DNA from: Planctomycetota bacterium
Lineage (GTDB): Bacteria; Planctomycetota; B15-G4; SIAN01
Length of the DNA: 43,467 nt
Assembly (NCBI GenBank): GCA_031409275.1
Contig: JANNXA010000017.1
Span: 1-43,467 of the forward strand
Reading direction: 5' to 3'
Shown: positions 1 through 9,789 of the stretch, in pieces
Layout of the letters: each line of letters opens with the position of its first letter
Numbering within the stretch: the first letter of the stretch is position 1
Translations under genes and position numbers: made by a program
The notes under the pieces: model-generated
Told to the model about the DNA's origin: nothing
Seen by the model: only the letters and a program-made list of their open reading frames with translations
The model's database searches: none

Positions 1-142
1 GTCGACGCATGACATCGTCGGAAAACCGCGCTCCTTCCTCAGCGGGTCGGCAGACCCGCATCGTCGGAGCCGCGATTTCCCTCCTCGTCCTGCGCCGACA
101 TCCCGTCGCCTCGCGACGGGGCTCGTGAATAAACCGGGCTAA

Positions 143-302
143 CAGCCCGTTGGAGAACTTCCCGTGTCGCCTGGCGGCGTCTTTCAAGCCGGTACTTCGT
201 CGGAGTCTCTCGACAACTCACTGGGGAGTTGGCTTCGAACCTCCGCCTCGTCCCGACTCGAAATCCGCTCGCCAGACTCGCGGTGAGTTCGCCAACGGGC
301 TG
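143..302. mobile_element. 160-bp MITE, IS5/IS1182-like ends
   Basis: 17-bp terminal inverted repeats CAGCCCGTTGGAGAACT (143-159) and AGTTCGCCAACGGGCTG (286-302), 16/17 match. Flanked by a CTAA direct repeat (139-142, 303-306). Interior is an imperfect palindrome. Confidence 0.85.
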
Positions 303-348
303 CTAAATACCCCGGCGCGCGGGAACGTGCCACGATCGGCCACCGCCG

Positions 349-555
349 CCATTTGGGTGCAACCCAACGGCCGCCCCCGAACCACCGCATGGTGTCCGAT
401 TGCGTCGCGGAATCAGCCGATCGGCCCGGACCCGTTACGGCCACGTTTCCGGCCGTACACGAGATGCGCTCGTAGGAAGACAGTCACGCTCGTTCACGCT
501 CGTTCGCGGTGACGATGCGCGCGCGTTCAGACCGCATCAGACCGCGTTCGCTCGC
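349..555 (+). repeat. Transposon left-end repeat copy 1, subfamily A (partial)
   Basis: GGGTGCAACCCAACGGCCGCCCCCGAACC...AATCAGCCGATCGG. Similarity to the 13311 and 26616 copies continues to about 555. Possible degenerate right end near 699-714. Confidence 0.85.
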
Positions 556-859
556 ATCCCACGTTCCGCGCCCGTTTCGGAGCCCAGACGCAACACGGCG
601 GGCGCGTCGAAGAAGCCTCTGCGAAGTCGAGGCGACGACCGTCCCGCGGAAGCGCGGCCGTTCGCGCCGACGCTTGAACGCCCACGAAGCAGCGACGCGT
701 TCGGTCGCCGTCGGTTGACGGAGCGACCTTTGCTTTCCGGTCGCAGCGTCCGAGAGTCACCCTGACGGCCGGAGCACGAAGGAACCGATCACCCCCCGAA
801 TCGACAAGCACAGTGCAATCTGCACTTCCCTCCGTCACGGGTGGCCGCTCGCCAGCCGG

Positions 860-1554
860 ATGCGGAGCACCGTGCAGATTTACTCCGCCAGAGTCTTCGC
901 CGCCATCGCCGTCGCCGCGCTCGTCAGCGGCTCTCGCATGGCCTACGCCCAGGACAGCCATTCGACGGAGTTCATCTTCCAGATCGGCAGCACCCTGACG
1001 ACCGCGAGCTCGTCGTCGGTCACGATGATCAACGGCGGTGAGGGCTGCCACATCGATTGGCAGGTCGGCAGTTCGGCGACTCTCGGCGTCTCAACCATCC
1101 TCCTCGCAGCGTGATCGCGCTCGACAGCGTCACGCTGATGACGAGTTCGACCGTGTCGGGCCGTTTGTTCGCCCTGACCGGCGCCGTGACCATGGACTAA
1201 AACGACCTCGCGATCTGCGACTGCGACGCGCGGTGGACCAACGATGGCGCCTGCCACTCGGGCACGCTCGGCGTCCCCACCTTGACTGCGCCGAGCGATC
1301 CGGTGCTCGGCGCGCGATTCTGCGTCGACATCGAGAGCTCATTCACCGCGTTGACGCTCGCCGAGATCGTCGTCGGCTACCTGGAGACGTCGACGCTGTC
1401 GCGCAAAGGCGGCACGCTCCTGCTCGACCCGATGATCTGCATCGATCTCGCGCTCGCACCCGGAATCACGACGGTGTGCGAGGATCTCGACGACGACGAC
1501 ACGATGCGCGGGCTGGCGTTCAGCCCGGGGATCAAGCGGGTCCTCGGCTACTGA
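860..1554 (+). pseudogene. Decayed DUF3494 ice-binding-like protein with VLGY C-terminal module
   Basis: Signal peptide joined to FIFQIGSTLTTASSSSV...WQVGSSATLG, frameshift near 1105, then VIALDSVTL...GRLFALTGAVTMD, in-frame TAA at 1198-1200, then WTNDG...PTLTAPSDPVLG...KRVLGY. Confidence 0.8.
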
Positions 1555-1802
1555 TCACGGCCGGAGGCGACGGCAAGGCGTCCGGAACGTGCGCGTCTTC
1601 GCGGCGCTCGCTCTCCGGCGTCGCTAGTCGGGAGCGCATCGGATCGACGCCGTCGTTCCGACCTCGGATCGTTCCTGCGGTTTGAAGAGACTGCATCGCG
1701 GCGCGGGGGTCACTGGCGACCGATCGAGCCGGGCGAAGACGGCCCTTCGCTGGCACCGGTTGCCCCGATCTCGCGGGGTGAGAACCTCCGCGAGCCGCCG
1801 TC

Positions 1803-1890
1803 CCGCTGCTGGCGCTGGCGGCCTCGGCGAGCACGCTGGGGACCGGCGCATCGTTCAACGGCCGTCTGCTCGCGCAGACTGCGATCACCA
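1803..1890 (+). pseudogene. DUF3494 C-terminal fragment
   Basis: Encodes TLGTGASFNGRLLAQTAIT, near-identical at DNA level to about 3720-3776 (TLATGASINGRLLAQTAVS). Confidence 0.7.
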
Positions 1891-2172
1891 CGAACGACCC
1901 CACGGGCGCCGCGCCGATCCCGTCGTCGATCGCTGCGGATGCGAAAAGCAAGCGACGGGACTTCACGCGCTCGAAGGCCTCATCCGCAGCCGCAGCGTGC
2001 GGCAGCACGATCGATCCCAACACGTCGGCGACGCTCGCGGCCCCGTGTCCAGCGCGGCACGCGGTGTGCCATGGAAACACACGTCACCGAAACTCGACGC
2101 CGCGCCTCGAGCTGCCGATCCACGTCTGATCGACTCCGTCCGCCAGGACGTGCGAGCAGGAAGGAGAAACAC

Positions 2173-2448
2173 ATGAGCCTCCGATCGTGGACGCCGTTCG
2201 CCGGCGTCGCGCTGGCGGTGCTCGCGGGATGCCTGGTTCCGGTCGTCGTCGGCGAACGCGCTCCCTACTGGGACGGCCACTCCGACGTCACGTTCGCGGG
2301 CCACGAGAACTGCGGCGGCTGCGGCCACTACGACGACGGCGGCTGGAACCTCGATCCGGTGGAGCACGTGTACGTGCAGGCCGGCCTCGCGCGACGCAGT
2401 CACCTCCGAGGACGGATCGACCGCGTCGACCGTGCTCGGCGCGAGTGA
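2173..2448 (+). CDS. Small hypothetical lipoprotein with a His/Cys motif
   Basis: AGGAG RBS, ATG at 2173, lipobox VLAGC, GHENCGGCGH motif. The 3' end may be degraded. Confidence 0.5.
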   Translation: MSLRSWTPFAGVALAVLAGCLVPVVVGERAPYWDGHSDVTFAGHENCGGCGHYDDGGWNLDPVEHVYVQAGLARRSHLRGRIDRVDRARRE

Positions 2449-2690
2449 TCGCCGCGACACGACGACTGAGGCCTGCGTCGGCGCCGAAACCGCCGCACGC
2501 ATCGATCCTGGCGGAGCGTGCTCGTTCCAAGGAGCCCGAGGAATCACCTCCTGATCGACTCCCGCCGGCACGCACCGTCCTTTGCCAACTGCAGCAAGAC
2601 CCCTCGCGGAGCGACACGCTCGATCGGCACCACCGATCGCGCGACACGGCTCCGCTGGAACGACCTTCCCTTTCCCATCGATTGGAGTGA

Positions 2691-3812
2691 ATGACCGCGA
2701 TGATCATGATGCAGCTGAAAACAATCCTGCGCGAGCCACGCACCGCCGTGCTCCTGCTCGCGCTCGCCGCCACCGCCTGCTCGCAAGGCGGAAGCAGTGC
2801 CAACGGGAAGAACCTCGGCCTGCCGACCGTGATCTCGAACAGCCCCTCGAATGCCGCGACGGGCGTTCCTCCCAACGCCAGCGTGCGCGCCACGTTCAGC
2901 GAGAAGATGGACTCGACCACGCTCAACACGTCGACGTTCACGCTGTCTACCGGCGTGCTGGCGGTTCCGGTCCCAGGCACGGTCATCTATGCCAACTCGA
3001 CCGCAGTGTTCTGGCCGACGATCCATCTCGCGAACAACGCGACCTACACCGCGACCATCACGACGGGCGTACGCGACCTCTCCTCGCTCGGCATCAAGTT
3101 CAGCCACGTCTGGAGCTTCACCACCGGCGACGTTCTCGCGCCGGGCGTCGCCGTCGACCTCGGGATGGCGGGCGATTTCGCGATCCTCGCCAAGGCCGGG
3201 ATCTCCACCGTGCCGGTCTCCGCCATCACCGGCGACATCGGCGTAAGCCCGGTGGCCGCCTCGGCCATCACCGGCTTTTCGTTGAGCCTCGACGCATCGA
3301 ACGTCTTCTCGACGTCCGCACAGGTCACCGGGAAGGTGTATTCGGCCGACTACGCCGCGCCCACGCCGTCCAACCTGACCACCTCCGTCCATGACATGGA
3401 GACGGCGTTCACCGACGCCGCCGGACGTGCAGCGGACGTGATCGAACTCGGAGCCGGGAACATCGGCGGGCTGACGCTCGCTCCCGGCGTCTACAGATGG
3501 AGCACAGGACTCCTGATCCCGACGGACGTCACCCTCACCGGCAGCGCGACCGACGTCTGGGTCTTTCAGATCGCGCAGGGCCTCACCATGGACAGCGCCA
3601 CGAACGTCGTGCTCTCGGGTGGCGCCCTGCCCGCGAACGTCTTCTGGCAGGTGAGCGGCGTCGTGGCGCTCGACACGACCGCGCACCTCAACGGGATCGT
3701 GCTGTCGGCCACGGCGATCACGCTGGCGACCGGCGCGTCGATCAACGGCCGACTGCTCGCGCAGACTGCCGTCAGCATCGACGGCAGCACGGTCGTCGAA
3801 CCCCTCCCGTGA
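2691..3812 (+). CDS. Ice-binding-like lipoprotein, Ig-like domain + DUF3494
   Basis: Lipobox LAATAC; Ig-like PTVISNSPSNAATGV...ATFSEKMD...WSFTT; DUF3494 motifs FAILAKAGIS, GDIGVSP, LAPGVYRW, WVFQI, NVFWQV, NGRLLAQTAV. Start may be a nearby downstream ATG. Confidence 0.92.
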   Translation: MTAMIMMQLKTILREPRTAVLLLALAATACSQGGSSANGKNLGLPTVISNSPSNAATGVPPNASVRATFSEKMDSTTLNTSTFTLSTGVLAVPVPGTVIYANSTAVFWPTIHLANNATYTATITTGVRDLSSLGIKFSHVWSFTTGDVLAPGVAVDLGMAGDFAILAKAGISTVPVSAITGDIGVSPVAASAITGFSLSLDASNVFSTSAQVTGKVYSADYAAPTPSNLTTSVHDMETAFTDAAGRAADVIELGAGNIGGLTLAPGVYRWSTGLLIPTDVTLTGSATDVWVFQIAQGLTMDSATNVVLSGGALPANVFWQVSGVVALDTTAHLNGIVLSATAITLATGASINGRLLAQTAVSIDGSTVVEPLP

Positions 3813-3904
3813 TCGGCACCACTTGAGACGAACTGCCAGGGCGTGAAGAACGCCTTCGCGGCCGGACGAGCCTCAAACCTCGTCCGGCCGCGCTCCCGAC
3901 ACGC

Positions 3905-5617
3905 GTGCGAATCCACATGCGGCACCGAAGTAACCACCCGAATCGTCGAGCGCGGGCCGTCCGCGCCCTCGTGCTGCTGGGCGCGCTCGCCCCCGGCGCA
4001 TGGCACCTCGTCGCCGTCGCCGGAACCATGGGCACTGCGGCGTCGCCGGGGCGGTCGCGCGACCGCCCTGCCGGAGTGGGCGCCGCCTCGCCGGTCGACC
4101 TGCCGGCGCCACCGCCCGCGATCGAGAGTGTGGCGCGACGCAACGATCGCTTCGCCGCCGATGCGGTCGAATCCGCCGCGACGTCGTCGAGGCCGGCGGC
4201 CTCCGTCTCCGGTGCCCTCCTCGACGCTTCGCATGCACCGATCCTTGGCGCCGCGTCGGCCGAGGTCAGCCTCGTCGATCACGCCGGCCGGCGATTCACC
4301 GCCGACGCGCGCGTCGACGGCACGTTCTCGCTCCAGACGCTCGCGTTCGGAACGTATTGGGTGACCGCGAGCGCCGACGGATACCACACCCTCGAGGAGG
4401 CGATCGAGCTCTGCCCGGAACGACCTTCCATGCGCAAGGACTTCACGCTGCAGCAGGCGAACGAGCTGCGGATCCGGGTGACCACTCCCTCGGGAAGGAG
4501 CCTGCTCGACGCGCTGCAGGAGGCGGGCGCACCGATTGGCGCCCTTCGGATTCTCCCCGTCGCCACACGTGAGCATCCCGGCGCGCGGATGGCCGAGGTC
4601 GTCGGCAATCGGAACGACCGCTTCGGCGCGGGCCGATTCCTGGACCACGGGCCGAAGATGGAGGAGCTCGGCCCGGGCCGCATCGGCGTCCTCCTCCTCG
4701 ACTGCGATCTCCCGGTCTGGGTGAGCCTGCTGCATCACCAAGTGGTGCTGCAATCGAAGCGCGTCGGTGGGAGCCGCGAAGAGGTGAACTTCGTCGTTTC
4801 GCCCGACGAACTGATCGCCGATCTCGCGACGATCCGTTTGAGCGTGATCGCCGCCGCGACCGGGCTGCCGATCGCGGGCGCCCGCGTGACGCTGGTCGGA
4901 GGCGCGTACTTCGACGTTGGCGTGGCCACCGATCCGCTCGGGCTCGCCACCATCGAAGGCCGGGAACCCGGCGTCGTCGATCTGCATGTGTGCGCGGCCG
5001 GCTTCGAGAGGAGCCGGAGCGTGGTCGACGCGCGACCGGGAGCGACCGTCGACCTCGAACCGATCGCACTCGAGCCGGAGGTCGTGATCGAGGGGCGCGT
5101 GCTCGATGCCGACGACCAACCCGTGGCGGCGACCTTCACCCTGGGGATCCTCGATCCCGTGGACCACCGCATCGGTGCCGCGCCGCAGGCAAGCTTCAAG
5201 AGCGGAGGAGACGGCCGCTTCCGCGTGCGGGGACTCGGACGGCGCGAGTACGTGATCCGGACCTGCGACCGCGACGGCGACGGCGGGAGCGGTTGGAAAG
5301 ACGCTCCCTGGGTGTGTGGCAATCAGGTCGTCGACCTGCGCGCCGGCTCGTGCAACAGCCTCGACCTCCACCTCGTCCGAGCGTCTCGGCTCGTGATCCG
5401 CGTCGATGGCGAGGTCGCCGAAGCGTTGCGTTTCCGCGTCATCGACGAGGAAGGACTCGAAGTCGTCACAGGCGTCCCCCACGGATCATGCCCGCGTCCG
5501 CTCGATCTGCCGGCGGGCCTCTATCGCGTCTCGCTGCTCGATCCGCAGGGCGCCGTGCTCTGCGAGCGCTCCGTCACGCTCGAGTCGGAGGCCGTTGCAC
5601 TCGACCTCTTCCGTTGA
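3905..5617 (+). CDS. Carboxypeptidase-regulatory-like (Ig-fold repeat) domain protein
   Basis: N-terminal hydrophobic segment and repeated motifs SVSGALLD...PILGA, DGTFSL...GTYWVTASADGY, IEGRVLDADDQPV, DGRFRVRGL. Confidence 0.75.
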   Translation: MRIHMRHRSNHPNRRARAVRALVLLGALAPGAWHLVAVAGTMGTAASPGRSRDRPAGVGAASPVDLPAPPPAIESVARRNDRFAADAVESAATSSRPAASVSGALLDASHAPILGAASAEVSLVDHAGRRFTADARVDGTFSLQTLAFGTYWVTASADGYHTLEEAIELCPERPSMRKDFTLQQANELRIRVTTPSGRSLLDALQEAGAPIGALRILPVATREHPGARMAEVVGNRNDRFGAGRFLDHGPKMEELGPGRIGVLLLDCDLPVWVSLLHHQVVLQSKRVGGSREEVNFVVSPDELIADLATIRLSVIAAATGLPIAGARVTLVGGAYFDVGVATDPLGLATIEGREPGVVDLHVCAAGFERSRSVVDARPGATVDLEPIALEPEVVIEGRVLDADDQPVAATFTLGILDPVDHRIGAAPQASFKSGGDGRFRVRGLGRREYVIRTCDRDGDGGSGWKDAPWVCGNQVVDLRAGSCNSLDLHLVRASRLVIRVDGEVAEALRFRVIDEEGLEVVTGVPHGSCPRPLDLPAGLYRVSLLDPQGAVLCERSVTLESEAVALDLFR

Positions 5618-5686
5618 CGAGGGCGCGGCCCTCAAGACGCTCCGCCACTGACCAGCCGGCCCGGCACTCGCGCTCGAGGTCGCTGT

Positions 5687-5905
5687 CCTGTCGCGCAAAT
5701 GGAACGGCCGCCGCCGAACCGCTGCCGCCGGTCCGGTTGCATGGCCGAATCGAGCGATCGCTCGCGCGCCGTGCCGCCCATTCTTCACGTCATGGCCGTC
5801 GTGCGCGCCGGTCGGCTCAACCGCCATCCGCAGCGTCCTCGACTACCTCCGCGAAGAGAGTCGCGTCCTCGAGGCGCAGCTCAGACACCGAAGGCTGCGG
5901 CCGGT
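5687..5905 (+). mobile_element. Left-end repeat copy 2 plus frameshifted transposase N-terminal remnant
   Basis: CCTGTCGCGCAAATGGAACGGCCGCCGCCGAACC...; from 5771 VPPILHVMAVVRAGRLNRH / VLDYLREESRVLEAQL, homologous to the 7045 ORF. Confidence 0.75.
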
Positions 5906-5987
5906 CACTCCTGAAACCAACTCGCTGCGATCGAAGCGTGATGGCGTGAGGCACCCGAAGGTGCCCCACGCCACGCGCGCCGTCGGC

Positions 5988-6515
5988 TCAGCTTCCGGAC
6001 GCCTTTACCTTCGTCGGCGCCGCCTTGCAGCAGTCGCGGCAGAGCTTCTCCATCGCCCGGCAGTGGTCGGCGCACTCCTTCATCTGCGCATCGCCCGTCG
6101 CCTTCTCGCACTGCGTCGCGCACGCCGCGCAGGCATCGGCACACGCCTCGGCCATGATCGTGCAGCAGGGGCCGTTGCGTGACGCGACGCACGCCATCGT
6201 GGCGCACATCGACGCGCAGTCGAGGAGGGCGCGCTGGCTGTCGAGGTGCTCGCGCTTGCCCTCGGCGAGGAGGTCCGTGCAGTGGCTCGCGCAGGCATCG
6301 CAGGACATCGCCGTCTCGCCGGCAGCCTTCGCGAGCGGGCTCATTCCCTGCATGTGCCCGCCGTGACCCGTTGCATCCTTCTCCTGGCCTGCACCGAACT
6401 TGGTGCCGGCAGGTGCGCCCGCCGGCGGAGTCGCCTGCTTGATCGGTGCGAACGCGAGGAGCGCGCCGAGCGACGCCGCAAGAACTCCGATGGTCGAGAT
6501 TCGACGAGTGGTCAT
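5988..6515 (-). CDS. Four-helix-bundle copper storage protein (Csp/DUF326-like), exported
   Basis: GGAG RBS; MTTRR twin-arginine-like signal; many CxxC/CxxxC motifs (CDACASHC, CASMC, CADACAACATQC, CADHC). Confidence 0.85.
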   Translation of the reverse strand: MTTRRISTIGVLAASLGALLAFAPIKQATPPAGAPAGTKFGAGQEKDATGHGGHMQGMSPLAKAAGETAMSCDACASHCTDLLAEGKREHLDSQRALLDCASMCATMACVASRNGPCCTIMAEACADACAACATQCEKATGDAQMKECADHCRAMEKLCRDCCKAAPTKVKASGS

Positions 6516-6872
6516 GAACTGCTCCGGTGATGCGTTGTCGTCTGAAACTGCGGAGCGCGCTGGCAACTCCTGTGCCCGCGGGCGGCCCGCCGCCGCAAGC
6601 ACGACCGTCGACCCGATTCGCGACGGTCCGCGATCACGCGGCCCTGAGCCGCCGCTCGCGCCGTCACCGAAATGTACAAGTGCAACGAATCGTCGGGACC
6701 GACCGCTCGCCGTCACCATCCGGCGCCGGCGGATCCGCAGCCAGGTCGGGCGCGCACCGAAGCCGTGAGCGCCGGCACCACGTCGATCCCGTTCGAGACG
6801 CGCGCGATCGTGTCGCACGTCACGATGCGCACCGCGCCGGCGGCGAGAAGCGCGCTGCGAGCAAGTGGCGCA

Positions 6873-8133
6873 CCCTTAGGGTGCAACCGAACAGCCGCCC
6901 CCGAATCCCGGCATCGTTTCCGATTGCATCGCCGAATCAGCCGATCGGCCGCGGTCCGCTTCAGTCGCAAGATGATCGGCGCCAATCGCATGAGCCCTGA
7001 CGCTCGCCAGGAGGCCGCACCAGCCCGCTTCGCTCCCCCGCCGCGTGCCCCCAATCCCCCACGCCTTCGCCGTCATCCTCGCCGGTTGGCTTAACCGCCA
7101 CCAGCAGCGCGTCCTCGAATACCTGCTCGAAGACAACCGCATCCTTAGGGCGCAGTTCGGCCAACGGAGTCTCCGGCTCACCGACGACGATCGCGTACGA
7201 ATCGCCGTGCGCGGTGTCGCCCTCGGCCGGGAGTGCCTCGACGAGTTCGACACGATCGTCACGACGGAGACGATCCGCCGCTGGCGCCGAAACCTCGTCG
7301 CGCAGCAGTGCACGTTCCATCACCCGCCAACCGCCGGTGAAACGTCGCGACCTCATGCGGCGAATCGCCGCACATATCGTTCCCATGGCACGAGAGAAAC
7401 GCACCTGGGGTACGACCGTCTCGAGGACGTCGTCAAGACTCTCGGGCACGTCGTCGCGGCGAACACGATCCGCAACATTCGTCGCCGCCACGGCATCGAC
7501 CCCGCGCCGGAACGATGGCCGGCACCACACCGAATCGCGACGTTGATTTCATGAAACAGGTCGAGCCAACCTGACCGACTGCATCGAAGGCTTCCTGCGC
7601 AAGAAGTGGTTCCTAAACCTTGATCGCGACAGCAAATTCAGTGGGGCCTTCCGGGGCGTGCTCGACTCTAACGGCATCCGCATGGTCCTCTCCCCCGCAC
7701 GTGCGCCCGATTGCGACGCGTTCGCTAAGCGGTTCGTGCGGTCGATCAAGCGCGAGTGCCTGAACAAGATGATCTTCATCGGGCCGGGATCGTTGCGGCA
7801 CGCGCTGGCAGAGTTGATCGCGCACTACACAGCTGAACGACCGCAACAGGGCATCGGCAACGTGCTCATCGAGCCGCGCACTGACGTCACAGCCTCGACC
7901 GGACGAGTCACGCGCAACTCATGGCTCGGAGGGCGTCTGTCGTACTACCACCGCCTCGCGGCATAGACTTCGGACGCCTTCGGATCCCTCGAGCTCGTCG
8001 CGATTCGATTGCGGCGAATGCCTCGTCATGCGAACGTCGGCCGAGTTTCACGTACGGGAGTCATCCAGCAGGACCGCTCAAAAGTGCTCGAGCGCCTCGA
8101 TTCCGCCACGCTCGTTCGGTGGCACTCTTCGGG
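6873..8133 (+). mobile_element. Decayed integrase-core (rve/DDE, IS481/IS3-like) element with both ends; left-end copy 3
   Basis: IRL CCCTTAGGGTGCAACCGAAC (6873-6892) vs IRR GTTCGGTGGCACTCTTCGGG (8114-8133), 16/20 inverted match; encloses a transposase pseudogene. Confidence 0.85.
7045..7966 (+). pseudogene. Transposase (integrase core domain), frameshifted and internally deleted
   Basis: LAGWLNRHQQRVLEYLLEDNRILRAQ, TIVTTETIRRW, GIDPAPER, LDRDSKF, PARAPDCDAFAKRFVRSIKRECL, HYTAERPQQGIGN, LGGRLSYYHR; several frame changes. Confidence 0.9.
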
Positions 8134-8210
8134 CGTCCCGGTCCACTAGTTCGACTGCCACGTAGACGATCCGCAGTTCGCCGACGCGATGGCCGAACAG
8201 TTGCTCGCGA

Positions 8211-9578
8211 TCATGGGGACGGGCGGCACGAAGGCGGCGAGACGACGCCGGCAGACGGCGTCGCTTCGACGAGGTGCTGAACGATCCGATCGAGCACGCC
8301 GTCGTCCTCGTAGTAGCCACTGTGCCGCAGGCGGATCTGCGCCTTGAACTCTTCGACGACGTCGCGCAGCGATGGAAGGACCCCGCTCGGCTGCGGCATG
8401 AGGCGCAGCGCGCATTCTCGACCCGCCTCCGCCGGCGCAACGGGCGCTCGCATCGCCAGCTCGACGAGCTCACGGCGAAGCAGCTGCGGCGGGTAGTAGG
8501 AGTCCGCGGTGCCGGACGCGACTCCGTAGTCGAACCACAGTGCGCGCCACACCGAAACGCCGAGCGAGCCGACTTCGAGCGCCATCTCCAGGACTTTCAG
8601 GAAGAGGAACTTCACGAAGGGCCGGAGGAAGAGCCACTCGAGCAGCCGCTGCGTTCGCGAAAACTGGTTGGCCACATACTCGGAATAGAGCGCCGCCGGC
8701 GCCGACGCGATCTGCAGCATGAGCTCTGCTTCGTCGTTGCGCGTCGTCAGCAAGAGGATCGGCCGTGAATGCAGGCTCTTGCGAAGCTCGGGCCCCGACG
8801 GCCCATACGCGCACCCGCTGGCGCGTCGCCGCAGCAGACCGAATGGACGGAACATGAAGCACACGAACCACCACCCCGCATCGACGCACCATGCCGCGAG
8901 CGCAAACCACCACCCGAACAACACCAGGCCCGGTAGTGCCGAGACGATGGCTTTCGTCGTGTCGCGGTCGTCCTCCTCGAGGGTAACGCCATTCGGCAGC
9001 ACCATCACGCCATCGGACCGCACCGTGATCTGCTCGTCGGGCGAGTACTCGCCGGTGAAGGCGAGGTACCCGAGTTCCACGACGCAGAACGCGCCGAGCG
9101 CAATCGCGAGAAAAACCGCTGCGGCGGAGAGCACGAGGCGCGCGGCGCGGCACGCTGGCCGCACGGTGATGAGCGGTGTCCCGAGCATGACGACCCCGCC
9201 CGCTCGCACCCGGCCACCAAGTCGGCGCAGCACTTCAAGCACGACGTTGCCGCCATGAGAGTGCGCCACGAAGTGGACCGTCAGTGGGTCGGCGGCGGTC
9301 GCACAGACTCGGTTCGCAACTTGCTCGAGCGCGCTCGCCAGCCGCTTCGCTGCGACGCGCCGGTCCTTATCGCGATTGCGCCCCGACCAGGTGAAGTCCG
9401 CGTAGTCGAGTTCGGCGTCGAGCGCCGGCTTCCAGACAGTGTTAGCGCAGCCCGACTGCGCCATGCGCTGCTCGAGCCGATCAGCGAACGTCTGCGTCTC
9501 GCGGTTGCCGAGCCGCCACCAGTCCGCCTCCGCCGCGAAGGTCCCGTGGACGATGACCGTGATCGAGCGCGCCGTCAT
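8211..9578 (-). CDS. Membrane-associated alpha/beta-hydrolase-fold protein
   Basis: VIVHGTF, FTWSGRN, nucleophile elbow AHSHGGN, MLGTP, late HSGYY; internal hydrophobic segments; GGAG RBS. Confidence 0.75.
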   Translation of the reverse strand: MTARSITVIVHGTFAAEADWWRLGNRETQTFADRLEQRMAQSGCANTVWKPALDAELDYADFTWSGRNRDKDRRVAAKRLASALEQVANRVCATAADPLTVHFVAHSHGGNVVLEVLRRLGGRVRAGGVVMLGTPLITVRPACRAARLVLSAAAVFLAIALGAFCVVELGYLAFTGEYSPDEQITVRSDGVMVLPNGVTLEEDDRDTTKAIVSALPGLVLFGWWFALAAWCVDAGWWFVCFMFRPFGLLRRRASGCAYGPSGPELRKSLHSRPILLLTTRNDEAELMLQIASAPAALYSEYVANQFSRTQRLLEWLFLRPFVKFLFLKVLEMALEVGSLGVSVWRALWFDYGVASGTADSYYPPQLLRRELVELAMRAPVAPAEAGRECALRLMPQPSGVLPSLRDVVEEFKAQIRLRHSGYYEDDGVLDRIVQHLVEATPSAGVVSPPSCRPSP

Positions 9579-9789
9579 CGTTCACTCCGCCGTCGCCATC
9601 GTGAGCAGTGGAAGCGAGGCGAGCAACCGCCTGCGGACGCCTCGGGAATCGCGACCCGTTGCAGCCGCGCTGGCAGCGGTTCCTTCGCGACGAACCAGCG
9701 GTGACCAATCGTGTCACTGGAGTAGCGGCGATCGCGCCGTTTTACAAGCCATCGCCTGAGCGCTCCGGCCTAACGCGGCGGATCGGGCG

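Noticed and set aside
220..246. Minus-strand GGTTCGAAGCC resembling a tRNA T-loop
   Set aside because: The T-stem does not pair, there is no cloverleaf, and it lies inside the MITE.
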